Part shown: piece by piece, positions 36,238-47,802 of the stretch
Layout: each line of letters begins with the position of its first letter
Position numbering within the stretch: the stretch's first letter is position 1
DNA from: Malacoraja senta
Lineage: Eukaryota
Assembly (NCBI GenBank): GCA_038087875.1
Contig: CM075989.1
Span: 6,696,001-6,758,000, forward strand
Length of the DNA: 62,000 nucleotides
Direction of reading: 5' to 3'
Position numbers and translations under genes: made by a program
The notes under the pieces: generated by a model
What the model was told of the DNA's origin: nothing
Database searches by the model: none
What the model saw: only the letters and a program-made list of their open reading frames with translations

Positions 36238-38751
36238 TCTACCAAGCCAATTAACCTACAAACCTGTACGTCTTTGGAGTGTGGGAGGAATCCAGAGTTC
36301 TCGGAGAAAAACCCACGCTGGTCACGGGAAGAACGTACAAACTCCGTACAGACAGCACCTGTAGTCAGGATCGAACCTGGGTCTTTGGCGCTGTGAGGTA
36401 GCAACTTTACTGCTGCGCCACCGTGCCGTCCCTATTTTTGTTTATTTTACTTGCATTGAAAACTACATCAAACAGTCAAGCACTCAACATGTTAAGTGGG
36501 TATTAGTGAAAAACTCAGAGACTCTCTGTGTCTCTTCAGTCAGTGTGAAGGTTTTTCCCCATGAAATAGGGCAGGGACCTTAAATATTATTGGCCGATAA
36601 GGAGTTCACCTCTAGTTAATCTATAATAAAAGTGATTTATTTTACTTTGAAGGGATTTATCTTACAGGAAATAATATCTTAGGTTCAACATAAAATATGG
36701 GCAGTTAATGAAGAGGTCTCATCCAGAAAGCTTTCAAGTGGTCAAAGAGGTAGTGACCTCGTAACAAGACACATTCAATAATGCAAGAGAAAATAACTTT
36801 CCATTCATGCTCTGATTAAAACATATCTTTAAAAAGCAACAATGTAGTTTAAATGCCTTTCTGAGTTAATCCAATTGATGTGTTGGTTTTTATTGGCGTA
36901 TAGTGCTTTAAAAAAATATCAGTCATCAGTGTTACAAACTGTGCAATAGGCTTAAAAATGCAATTGAGTGTAAACAGACTGTTGAGCTCAGATAGGAATG
37001 TTGCCTAAATTGCCTTCTAGTGTAACAGTCAGAGATACAAAGCATGGGTGAGAGGAACAAAGAGCAGGGACGTGGAGAGGAGAGAGGAAAGGTCACAGAT
37101 AAGGGTTGGCATGGTGGTAGAGTTGCTGCCTCACAGCTCCAGACACCCGGGTTTGATCTTGACCAAGGGTGCTGTCCGTACGGAGTTTGTACTTTTTCTT
37201 GCTGTGACCGTGTGGGTTTTCTCCGGGTGCTCCGGTTTCCTCCCACTTTCCAAAGACGCACAGGTTTGTAGGTCAATTGGCTTCGGTAAAAATGGTAAAT
37301 TGTCCCTAGTGTGTTGGATAGTGCTAGTGTACAGGGGTGATTGCTGGTCGGAGCGGACTCGGTGGGCCGAAGGGCCCGTTTCCGTGCCGTATCTCCAAAG
37401 TCTGAAGGAAGACGGGAAAAGGGAGAGGAGCGAGGAGAACAAGGTAGAAAGAGAAAAAAATAAAAAAGAGAGATGGGTAAGAGAGAGAGAGAGAAAGCTG
37501 GGTGGAGGGAGGGAAGAGAACAGAGAAAGGAGAGAGGACGAGGAATGGGGTGGAGATTCAGAGGTTCTTAGGTGCTCAATTAGTAAGGGCCTCAAAGGTT
37601 ATGGGGAGAAAGCAGGAGAATGGGGATGAGATGGAAAAATAGATCAGCCATGATCGAATGGCGGAACAGACTTGATGGGCCAAATGGCATAATTCTGCTC
37701 CTATGTCCGATGATCTTATGAGAGTCCACCTTCAGCCCAACACTTTTGCTCCCCGATGTAAGGAGGAAAATCATGGGTGTTAATAGTTAACAATCCTCAA
37801 GTCTCCACTACATACTAGGATGGCACGGTGGCGCAGTGGTAGAGTTGCTGCCTTACAGCGCCAGAGGCCCGGGTTTAATCCTGACTACAGGTGCCGCCTG
37901 CATGGATTTTTGCACATTCTCCCCGTGACTGCGTGGGATTTCTCCAGGCTCTCCTGTTTCCTCCCACACTCCAACGACGTGCAGGTTTGTAGGTCAATTG
38001 GCTTGGGGTAAAAATTGTAAATTGGCCCTCGCGTGTAGTGTGCGCTAGTGTACGGGGATCGCTGGTCTGTGCGGAGTCGGTGAGCCGAAGGGCCTGTTTC
38101 CGCGCTGTATCTCCAAAACGAAAAACATAACACTGTAGGATCTATTAAAAGACACCGCTCTCTTCCCTCACCCACAAGACAAGTTACTGTGGACCGAGCA
38201 ACACAGGGGGAATGGGCAACACAGATCAGAGTGTGGGCAGTAGAATTGCTTGCGAGTCGTTAAATTGCAGGTACTCATTGCTTATATGGATGATATAAAG
38301 AACATGCCAGCTACAGAATAATAACTCAAGCTCTTAAAACCACTCCAAAGGATTTAAAATGACTGAACCTTTAGGAATGCTCTTGAAACGCTATTTCCTC
38401 ATTCAAAATACTATTGATCTCCCTCTGAACTTTGCTGACCTAGACTTGAACCTTTGTAAGCATGACTTCAATCTCCCAGGAGTTTGTCGAGTAATTAGAA
38501 GCATGGAGCAGACAGATGAGAATACTGATTATTAAGCCTCCCACTCTCCGCTCCACACAACCCTTCTCTCCAGAGATGCTGCCTGTCCCGCTGAGGTACT
38601 CCAGCATTTTGTGTCTATCTTTGGTTTAAACCAGCATCAGCAGTTCCTTCATACACAGTCCCAGCAGAGGCAATGGCAATTGACTGGTTTCCCGGGTACA
38701 GTCACCTGCGAGTGTGTGAAGGGTTTCTGCACCATTCACCATGCAAAGTAA

Positions 38752-38969
38752 AGTGCCTGTCCCACTTTCACCACCTAATTCACAACCTTTTTTACTCGTG
38801 GACATTTTTCATCAGGCTAGAAAAAACGGCCCGACCTACTTGATGCCACGAGAACCTACAACTAGCATCACGACCTACCTACGACCTCGTGATGACCATG
38901 CTGCGAGTATGAGTCAAAGGCAAACTCGGCAGAGGTCGTGAATTAGGTCATGAAAGTGGGACAGGTCCT
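38752..38969. mobile_element. PIF/Harbinger-type MITE
   Basis: AGTGCCTGTCCCACTTTCA...TGAAAGTGGGACAGGTCCT; TSD TAA. Confidence 0.82.
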
Positions 38970-39324
38970 TAACTATAATGAATGTGATAGCTTCCATTTT
39001 AATGGTTTCGAGACTCTCAACATATATTTACAAACTCTCATTAGATCGGAGAACAATCAAAGGACATTTGCATTATTTTCACCCCATTACATTAATCTGA
39101 AACTGCATTTCAGTCTAGATTACAAAATTCACCGAGGTTCATTTACATTAGAATATGAGAGTGTTTGTTCATTTTTATCACGGCGGTAGTTCTTCACCGG
39201 TTTTCCCTGAAGATCACGATGTAACTCACCAGAGTGCCTTCGAGATGGCTCATTCTTCAGAACCCCTTGCCTTTCTAATCTCCTCATGGTACCACTTAAC
39301 AATCTTTCCGAACTGCAGTAGAAT

Positions 39325-39830
39325 AAAAGGGAAGACATTTATTGAGGTGAGAAAAAACCTTTTCACCCAGAGAGTTGTGAATTTATGGAATTCCCTTCCA
39401 CAGAGAGCAGTGGGGGCCAAGTCACTGGATGGATTTAAGAGAGAGTTAGATAGAGCTCTAGGGGCTAGTGGAATCAAGGGATATGGGGAGAAGGCAGGCA
39501 TGGGTTATTGATTGGGGACGATCAGCCATGATCACAATGAATGGAAGGGCCAAATGACCTCCTCCTGCACTTATTTTCTATGTTTCTATGTCTTTAGCCA
39601 GAGGGTGGTGAATCCGAGGAATTTATTGCCACAGAAGGCTGTGGAGGCCAAGTCAATGGATATTTTTAAGGTGGAGATTGACAGATGTTTGATTAGTACG
39701 GGTGTCAGGGGTTATGGGGAGAAGGCAAGAGTGCGGGGTTGAGAATGAAAGGTAGATCAGCCATGATTGAATGGCGGAGTAGACTTGATGGGCCGAATGT
39801 CGTCATTCTGCTCCTAGAACTAATAAACTT
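39325..39830 (+). mobile_element. Nested CR1 3' fragments
   Basis: FTQRVVNLWNSLPQ..GYGEKAG twice; TTTCTATG tail. Confidence 0.8.
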
Positions 39831-40699
39831 ATGGGGCAAATGCATGGAGCCGGTTCAAATTGTGATTAAGAACTGACCTATTCCTCTACCACGTGCCAAT
39901 TCACTTAAGTCCGAACCTACACCAGTTGGTTATCATCCTGTCACACCCATCAATAATAGTTGAGAATCGGGTTTGATCAATATTCTGCTGAGTTGAGAAG
40001 ACACACAACATGGAAACAGGCACAGCAACTCACCGGGTATGTGATGATCACGCAGTACCCATTTACTCTACTCCTGCTTTATTCTCCCCACATTCCCATT
40101 GTGTACCATTCGCCTGCACAAGAGAGGGCTATTTACAGTGGCCAATTAACATGTGGGAGGAAACTCATGCAGCAAAAGGAGAACATGCAAACTCCACTCA
40201 GACAAGGTCAGGATTGAATCTGTGTCACTGGAGCTGTGAGGCAGCAGTTCTACTGTTAGAGTTTGGAGATACAGTGTGAAACAGGCCCTTCGGCCCACCG
40301 AATCCACACCGACCAACCCCGTACACTAATACTATCCTACAATTTACAGAAGCCAATTAACCTACAATCCGCTACATTTTTGGAGTGTGGGAGGAAACCG
40401 GAGCACCCGGAGCACCCAGAGCAAACCCACACGGTCACAGGAAGAAAGCACAAACTCAGAATAGACAGCACCCGTAGTCAGGATCGAACCTGGGTCTCTG
40501 GAGCTGTACGGCCGCAACTCTACCGCTGCACCACCGTGCCGCCCTTTGCGCCGCTGTGTCGACCTGTTGCATCAAAATACTGAAGCAACATTTCCTTCTG
40601 TCTCTGATGTGCAATTGGCAGTTTTGATTTTTCCATACTGTAAGGTTGGACTGAATTTTCAAACTTGCTTAGACAGATCACACTGATCGGACCACTCAC

Positions 40700-41215
40700 A
40701 ACGTAGTGTGTCTGTGTTACACAGGGTAACACTGGGGTGCAGGACCTGTTGGCACAGGCCTGTCACTGTGTGACACTGTGTAACACCGTAACACTGTCTA
40801 AAGGGCCTGTCCTACTTGGGCGTCATTTGTGCGTCACGCAGATGGCGCGCAAAGATTTTGTACATCCCAAATCCTGGGGTGCCGCGCGCGGCCACGCACG
40901 ACTGCGCACCACTGCCTACGTCACCACGCACCATGCGCGCATTACGTGCGTCGTGACGCGTAAATTATGTCGCGTAACTTACGCGCAAATGACACCCAAG
41001 TGGGACAGGCCCTTAGCTCTGTGGTACACGACCAGTGGATGCAGCCCTGTCACTGTGTAACACTGAGGTACGAGGCTTGTGGACAGAACTGTCTCCATCT
41101 AACACTGGGGTACAGGACCAGTGGGCACAAGGCTGTTACTGCAACACTGTGGCACACCAACTTGCCACTGGGTTATGCTGTGGTACAGAATTGGAAGGGT
41201 GTGGATCCGTCACTG
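40700..41215. repeat. Degenerate minisatellite (CTGTCACTGTGTAACACTGGGGTACAGGACCAGTGG-like), interrupted by a MITE
   Basis: Recurrent AACACTG(G/A)GGTAC and GACCAGTGG units. Confidence 0.6.
40802..41013. mobile_element. PIF/Harbinger-type MITE (same subfamily as 1648-1913)
   Basis: Same TIR and CpG-rich interior; flanks TAA/TAG. Confidence 0.85.
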
Positions 41216-41956
41216 TAAACGCTCATATGTCATAGGAGCAGAATTGGGCCATTCGGCCCATCGAGTGTAATCTACTAATATCTTGGGCCACACTGCTCCT
41301 CCACTGCGTCCTCACTACCACTGTCAGCTCCAGTGGTCATTCCACCTTGTGAATGACACCAATGTCACCCATCAGACAGAGAAGACAAGACAGCATTGTA
41401 CATCAGCGCCAGCCAACATCTTCTTGAGTCTCTGATGTACAGTGGGCAGTTTTGATTTTTCCGTGATGTTGAATGATGTTGTGTCTGCTCTATATGTTCT
41501 ACGCAAAGCTGGCCAGACCCAAACCCAACGCATTTACCAGGGTCCTGGAGGAACAGATTGAGAGGTTGGGAATCTAATGGAAAGTGGAGTTGATACAGAA
41601 GATCGTGTCAATTGCAATCTGAGTGAATGGCAGAGCAGGCTTGAGGGGCTGGGTGAGTCACGACTGCTCCTGTTTCTTGTCTTCTTACATAAATCCACTC
41701 AGTGCCCCACAGACACTGGTAAATTGTACCACAGCAAACAACGCACGCGGTAAATCCGATTGCTCTTCCTGATGAGTACGTTAGTGAGCTGGAAGCTTTG
41801 AAGAGTAATATACCACACAAATTAAATGGATTATGTATTGGCCCATCGGATGATATAAAGTGGCATTTCATGCTGATGTCTGCATGAATCCTTTACATCC
41901 GGTCCACTGTCTCCTTGGCAGTTTTACGTACATGCGCAAGATGATGGCACCACACA

Positions 41957-42280
41957 GGCGGCCACGGTGGCGCAGCGGTAGAGTTGCTGCTTTACGGCAC
42001 TTGCAGCGCCGGAGACCTGTATTCAATCCCGACTACGGGTGCTGTCTGTACGGAGTTTGCACGTTCTCCCCGTGACTGCGAGGGTTTTCTCTGAGATCTT
42101 CGGTTTCCTCCCAAACTCCAACGACGTACAGGTTTGTAGGTTAATTGGCTTGGTGTAAGTGTAAATTGTCCCTAGTGTGTGTATGAGAGTGTTAGTGTGC
42201 GGGGATCGCTGGTCGGTGCAGACTCGGTGGGCCGAAGGGCCTGTTTCTGCGCTGTATCACTAAAATAAACTAAATTAAAC
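41957..42280 (+). mobile_element. HE1-like V-SINE
   Basis: Full copy. Confidence 0.85.
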
Positions 42281-42441
42281 AGACGTCTCTCAGATATTTA
42301 GTAGAGACATCTTTCCATTTGCAGATGAAGCCTTTTTGGAGTGAAGCCTCTCTGACAATGGTCAGCAATGTTTTCTATTTCTGATCGGACTCTGCTGGCA
42401 TTACCTTGCGCTAAACCTTATTCCCTTATCATGTGTATGAA

Positions 42442-42529
42442 GGAGATCATGACAGAAGCCTCCTCGTGGCGATCCCCGGAATTGACGACACGACGCGCTC
42501 TGTGACGCGTCGGGCGACCAATTCTGTCA
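42442..42529 (+). ncRNA. HDV-like self-cleaving ribozyme fold
   Basis: P1 GGAGATC(42442-48)/GATCCCC(42471-77); P2 TGACAGAA(42450-57)/TTCTGTCA(42522-29); P3 GCC/GGC around L3 TCCTCGT; P1.1 CC/GG(42478-79); P4 core CGACGCG(42491-97)/CGCGTCG(42506-12); J4/2 CCAA(42518-21). Order and L3 sequence match the HDV double pseudoknot. Confidence 0.8.
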
Positions 42530-42572
42530 ACAGCTGATTGGGTGCAACCCCAGGTTTGCATTTCTGCTTTCA

Positions 42573-42700
42573 GGTTAAGGGTTCTGTGAGTTGAAGGTTC
42601 AGTGAGTTAAGGGTTCTGTGAGTTAAGGGTTCAGTGAGTTAAGGGTACAGTGAGTTAAGGGTTCAGTGAGTTGAGGGCACAGTGAGTTAAGGGTACAGTA
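42573..42700 (+). repeat. ~17-bp tandem repeat in the CR1 5' UTR
   Basis: Repeated GTTAAGGGT(T/A)C(A/T)GTGA units. Confidence 0.85.
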
Positions 42701-42776
42701 TTTATTAGTAAAGGTACAGTTTAAAGGATAAAGATTTTTATAGTGTGAGGGAGTTGATTTAATTTGGGAGTAAGCT

Positions 42777-43730
42777 ATGTCAGTGGAGATTGGCCCCGTG
42801 GTTTGTTCAGCCTGCAACATGTGGGAGATCAGGGATATGGTCGGTGTCCCTGGTGACCCTGGACACGTTTGCAGGAAGTGTGTCCAGCTGCAGCTCCTGG
42901 CAGACCGCATTGAACGATTGGAGCTGCGGTTGGATTCATACTGGAGCATCCACGATGCTGAGAAAGTCGTGAATAGCACGTACAGTGAGTTGGTCACATC
43001 GCAGGTAAAAGGTAAGCGGACAGAAAGGGAACGGGTGGCCATTAGCCAACATAGCCGTAGGCAGGTAGTGCAGGAGTCCCCTGCGGTCATCTCCCTCCTA
43101 AACAGATATACCATTTTGGATACTGTTGGGGGAGATGGCTCATCAGGTGAAGGCAGCAGCAGCCAAGTTCATGCAACCATGGGTGGCTCTGCGGCACAGG
43201 AGGGGAGGTAAAAGAGTGGAAGGGCTATAGTAATAGGGGATTCCATTGTAAGGGGAATAGATAGTCGTTTCTGCGGCCACAAACGAGACTCCAGGATGGT
43301 ATGTTGCCTCCCTGGTGCAAGGGTCAGGGATGTCACTGAACGGCTGCAGAACATTATGGAGGCGGAGGGTGAACAGCCAGTTGTCGTGGTGCACATTGGC
43401 ACCAACGATATAGGTAAAAAAAGGGATGAGGTCCTACAAGGTGAATTTAGGGAGCTAGGAGATAAACTTAAAAGTAGGACCTCAAAGGTAATAATCTCTG
43501 GATTACTACCAGTGCCACGGGCTAGTCAGAGTAGAAATAGGAGGATATTGCAGACGAATACGTGGCTTGAAAAATGGTGCAAGGGGGAGGGATTCAAATT
43601 TCTTGGGGATTGGAACCAGTTCTGGGGGAGGTGGGACCAGTACAAACAGGACGGTCTGCACCTGGGCTGGAATGGAACCAATGTCCTTGGGGGAGTGTTT
43701 GCTAGTGCTGTCGGGGAGGATTTAAACTAA
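42777..43730 (+). pseudogene. CR1 ORF1 (Zn-finger/leucine zipper plus SGNH esterase) with one premature stop
   Basis: ORFs 42777-43211 and 43296-43730 are in the same frame, separated only by TAA at 43209-43211. Read-through gives CxxC..CxxC plus a heptad region, then the SGNH motifs GDSIVRG, HIGTND and DGLHL. Confidence 0.9.
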
Positions 43731-46708
43731 TGTGGCAGGGGGATGGGTGCAAGAGCAGAGAGGCAGAGGGGTGTAAAATGAGGGTAGAAGCAATAGGTAG
43801 CAAGGTGAAAAGTAAAAGTGGCAGGCAGACAAATCCAGGGCAAAAATCAAAAAGGGCCACTTTTCAACATAATTGTATAAGGGGTAAGAGTGTTGTAAAA
43901 ACAAGCCTGAAGGCTTTGTATCTTAATGCAAGGAGCATTCGTAATAAGGAGGATGAGTTGAATGTGCAGATAATTATTAATGAATATGATATAGTTGGGA
44001 TCACGGAGACATGGCTCCAGGGTGACCAAGGCTGGGAGCTGAACATCCAGGGATATTCAATATTCAGGAGATATAGACAGAAAGGAAAAGGAGGTGGGGT
44101 AGCGTTGCTGGTTAGAGAGGAGATTAACGCAGTGGAAAGGAAGGACATTAGCTTGGAGGATGTGGAATCGGTATGGGTAGAGCTACGAAACACTAAGGGG
44201 CAGAAAACGCTGGTGGGTGTTGTGTACAGGCCACCTAGCAGTAGTAGTGAAGTTAGGGATGGCATCAAACAGGAAATTAGAAATGCGTGCAACAAAGGCA
44301 AAACAGTTATAATGGGTGACTTCAATCTACATATAGATTGGGTGAATCAAATTGGCAGGGGTGCTGAGGAAGAGGATTTCTTGGAATGTATGCGGGATAG
44401 TTTTCAACATGCAGAGGAACCAACGAGAGAGCAGGCTATTCTAGACTGGGTATGGAGTAATGAGGAAGGGTTAGTTAGCAGTCTTGTTGTGCGTGGCCCC
44501 TTGGGCAAGAGTGACCATAATATGGTTGAGTTCTTCATTAGGATGGAGAGTGACATTGTTAATTCAGAAACAAGGGTCCTGAACTTAAAGAAAGGTGATT
44601 TTGAGGGTATGAGATGTGAATTGGCCAAGATAGACTGGCAAATGCTTCTTAAAGGGTTGACGGTGGATATGCAATGGAAGGCATTTAAAAACTGCATGGA
44701 TGAACTACAACAATTGTTCATCCCAGTTTGGCAAAAGAATAAATCGGGGAAGGTAGTGCATCCATGGATAACAAGGGAAATCAGGGATAGTATCAAAACA
44801 AAAGATGAAGCATACAAATTAGCCAGAAAAAGCAGCCTACCAGAGGACTGGGAGAAATTCAGAGTCCAGCAGAGGAGGACAAAAGGCTTAATTAGGAAAG
44901 GGAAAATAGATTATGAAAGAAAACTGGCAGGGAACATAAAAACTGACTGCAAAAGTTTTTATAGATATGTGAAGAGGAAAAGATTAGTTAAAACAAATGT
45001 AGGTCCCTTGCAGTCAGAAACAGGCAAATTGATCATGGGGAACAAGGACATGGCAGATCAATTGAATAACTACTTTGGTTCTGTCTTCACTAAGGAAGAC
45101 ATAAATAATCTGCCGGAAATAACAAGGGACCGGGGGTTAAATGAGATGGAGGAACTGAGTGAAATCCAGGTTAGCCGGGAAGTGGTGTTAGGTAAATTGA
45201 ATGGATTAAAGGCCGATAAATCCCCAGGGCCAGATAAGTTGCATCCCAGAGTACTTAAAGAAGTAGCCGCAGAAATAGTGGATGCATTAGTGATAATTTC
45301 TCAAAACTCTTTAGATTCTGGAGTAGTTCCTGAGGATTGGAGGGTAGCAAACGTAACCCCACTTTTTAAGAAGGGAGGGAGAGAGAAAACGGGGAATTAC
45401 AGACCAGTTAGTCTAACATCGGTGGTGGGGAAAATTCTGGAGTCAGTTATTAAAGATGGGATAGCAGCACATTTGGAAAGTGGTGAATTCATTGGACAAA
45501 GTCAGCATGGATTTATGAAAGGTAAATCATGTCTGACGAATCTTATAGAATTTTTCGAGGATGTAACTAGTAGAGTGGATAAGGGAGAACCAGTGGATGT
45601 GTTATATCTGGACTTTCCGAAGGCTTTCGACAAGGTCCCACATAAGAGATTAGTATGCAAACTTAAAGCACACGGTATTGGGGGTTCAGCATTGATGTGG
45701 ATAGAGAACTGGCTGGCAGACAGGAAGCAAAGAGTAGGAGTAAACGGGTCCTTTTCAGAATGGCAGGCTGTGACTAGTGGGGTACCGCAAGGCTCAGTGC
45801 TGGGACCCCAGCTATTTACAATATATATTAATGATCTGGATGAGGGAATTGAATGCAACATCTCCAAGTTTGCGGATGACACGAAGCTGGGGGGCAGTGT
45901 TAGCTGTGAGGAGGATGCTAGGAGGCTGCAAGGTGACTTGGATAGGTTGGGTGAGTGGGCAAATGCATGGCAGATGCAGTATAATGTGGATAAATGTGAG
46001 GTTATCCACTTTGGTGGCAAAAACAGGAAAGTAGATTATTATCTGAATGGTGGCCGATTAGGAAAAGGGGAGATGCAACAAGACCTGGGTGTCATGGTAC
46101 ACCAGTCATTGAAAGTAGGCATGCAGGTGCAGCAGGCAGTGAAGAAAGCGAATGGTATGTTAGCATTCATAGCAAAAGGATTTGAGTATAAGAACAGGGA
46201 GGTTCTACTGCAGTTGTACAGGGTCTTGGTGAGACCACACCTGGAGTATTGCGTACAGTTTTGGTCTCCTAATCTGAGGAAAGAGATTCTTGCCATAGAG
46301 GGAGTACAGAGAAGGTTCACCAGACTGATTCCTGGGATGGCAGGACTTTCATATGAAGAAAGACTGGATAGACTCGGCTTGTACACGCTAGAATTTAGAA
46401 GATTGAGGGGGGATCTTATAGAAACTTACAAAATTCTTAAGGGGTTGGACAGGCTAGATGCAGGAAGATTATTCCCGATGTTGGGGAAGTCCAGAACTAG
46501 GAGTCACAGTTTAAGGATAAGAGGGAAGTCTTTTAGGACCGAGATGAGAAAATCATTTTTTACACAGAGAGAGGTGAATCTGTGGAATTCTCTGCCACAG
46601 AAGGTAGTTGAGGCCAGTTCATTGACTATATTTAAGAGGAAGTTAGATGTGGCCCTTGTGGCTAAAGGGATCAGGGGGTATGGAGAGAAGGCAGGTACAG
46701 GATACTGA
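43730..46708 (+). CDS. CR1 ORF2: APE endonuclease plus reverse transcriptase, 992 aa
   Basis: APE motifs NARS, ITETWL, MGDFN and SDH; RT motifs YRPVSLTS, LDFxKAFD, GVPQGSVLGP and FADD; open frame throughout. Confidence 0.96.
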   Translation: MWQGDGCKSREAEGCKMRVEAIGSKVKSKSGRQTNPGQKSKRATFQHNCIRGKSVVKTSLKALYLNARSIRNKEDELNVQIIINEYDIVGITETWLQGDQGWELNIQGYSIFRRYRQKGKGGGVALLVREEINAVERKDISLEDVESVWVELRNTKGQKTLVGVVYRPPSSSSEVRDGIKQEIRNACNKGKTVIMGDFNLHIDWVNQIGRGAEEEDFLECMRDSFQHAEEPTREQAILDWVWSNEEGLVSSLVVRGPLGKSDHNMVEFFIRMESDIVNSETRVLNLKKGDFEGMRCELAKIDWQMLLKGLTVDMQWKAFKNCMDELQQLFIPVWQKNKSGKVVHPWITREIRDSIKTKDEAYKLARKSSLPEDWEKFRVQQRRTKGLIRKGKIDYERKLAGNIKTDCKSFYRYVKRKRLVKTNVGPLQSETGKLIMGNKDMADQLNNYFGSVFTKEDINNLPEITRDRGLNEMEELSEIQVSREVVLGKLNGLKADKSPGPDKLHPRVLKEVAAEIVDALVIISQNSLDSGVVPEDWRVANVTPLFKKGGREKTGNYRPVSLTSVVGKILESVIKDGIAAHLESGEFIGQSQHGFMKGKSCLTNLIEFFEDVTSRVDKGEPVDVLYLDFPKAFDKVPHKRLVCKLKAHGIGGSALMWIENWLADRKQRVGVNGSFSEWQAVTSGVPQGSVLGPQLFTIYINDLDEGIECNISKFADDTKLGGSVSCEEDARRLQGDLDRLGEWANAWQMQYNVDKCEVIHFGGKNRKVDYYLNGGRLGKGEMQQDLGVMVHQSLKVGMQVQQAVKKANGMLAFIAKGFEYKNREVLLQLYRVLVRPHLEYCVQFWSPNLRKEILAIEGVQRRFTRLIPGMAGLSYEERLDRLGLYTLEFRRLRGDLIETYKILKGLDRLDAGRLFPMLGKSRTRSHSLRIRGKSFRTEMRKSFFTQREVNLWNSLPQKVVEASSLTIFKRKLDVALVAKGIRGYGEKAGTGY

Positions 46709-47207
46709 GTTGGATGATCAGCCATGATCATATCGAATGGCGGTGCAGGCTCGAAGGGCCGAATGGCCTACTCCTGCACCTATTTTCTATGTTTCTATGT
46801 TTTTATTAACATGTTGGACGACGACAGAAGCCAACAGCGAGCTCTACGTCGTCTGACACGCAAGCGAACGAACGATGTGTATGAAGGAACTGCAGATGCT
46901 GGTTTAAACCGAAGATGGACTCAAAAATCTGGAGTAACTCAGCGAGACAGGCAGCATCTCTGGAGAGAAGGAATGGGTGACGTTTCGGATTGAGACCCTT
47001 ATCATGTATTATCGAGACCCTTAGCATTTACACTGTAAATAGCTCTTTTGTAATCACGTGGTCTTTCTGCTGACTGGATAGCGCTCAACAAAAGCTTTTC
47101 ACTGTACCTCGGTACACGTGGCAATAAACTAAACTGTATCTGTAGCTGTAACTATTTGAAATTGCAGCAAAGTTATGAGCGATATGGAATGGTATTGAAA
47201 TCGAGGA

Positions 47208-47768
47208 AAAAAGCTAATTCTAAAATTTTGGAAGAAGGCTCCAATACCAACTATAAATATGTGGATTTCAAATATGTTTGAAACACTACACCTTGAAGAG
47301 ATAAGACTCCTCCTAGCAGGTAAACCAGATCACTTCCACCTGACGTGGTCTGCATTTATAGAATTATTACAAACATAGGGTGCAAAAGTACTTTAAAAAA
47401 ATAAAAAATTGAGGTCGGGTAAGGGGGGATGATAGTTGAAGAGTTGGTATGTCCTATTTACGTGATGCTCAAAAAAAAAACATTTGTTTTTCTTTTTTTC
47501 TCTCTCTCTTTTCTTTTCTTAGGGCCTATTTCTTAACTCTTTTTCTTTTTGTTTTTAATTTCGCTCTCATAGGGTCTTCGTCCTTTTTTGTTGTTACATT
47601 TTCTACACTTTTCTACACTTGCACTTTTTCCTTCACTTTCTTCTCTCTTTCAATCTTTTCTTTCTTTAGTGTAAAAAAATAAATAAAGGGAGTACATTAA
47701 TTGTAAGAAGATATAAATGACGAGTATTAATGTATGTGGCTGTGATGTAATGTACTTCTAATAAATAA

Positions 47769-47801
<33 letters not shown>
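47208..47801 (+). mobile_element. 5'-truncated L1 (ORF2 C-terminus, 3' UTR, poly-A)
   Basis: Encodes KKLILKFWKKAPIPTINMWISNMFETLHLEEIRLLLAGKPDHFHLTWSAFIELLQT*, a fish-type L1 ORF2 end. AATAAA, then A28 (47774-47801); TSD GAAATCGAGGA at 47197-47207 and 47802-47812. Confidence 0.92.

Positions 47802-47802
<1 letters not shown>

Larger units (their letters stand above)
42533..46807 (+). mobile_element. Near full-length CR1-clade LINE (HER1-like)
   Basis: 5' UTR with ~17-nt tandem repeats, ORF1, ORF2, a CR1-type 3' UTR (GGCTCGAAGGGCCGAATGGCCTACTCCTGC) and a (TTTCTATG)n tail. A possible 4-bp TSD AACA lies at 42529-42532 / 46808-46811. Confidence 0.95.
42445..46874 (+). mobile_element. TSD-bounded retroinsertion: ribozyme-headed short element containing the CR1
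   Basis: Perfect 14-bp direct repeat ATGTGTATGAAGGA at 42431-42444 and 46875-46888. A non-CR1 3' piece (46812-46874) has a stem-loop and a (CGAA)n-like end. Confidence 0.75.

Noticed and set aside
46812..46860. Hairpin-ribozyme similarity (AGAAGCCAAC)
   Set aside because: Loop B consensus sequences are absent.
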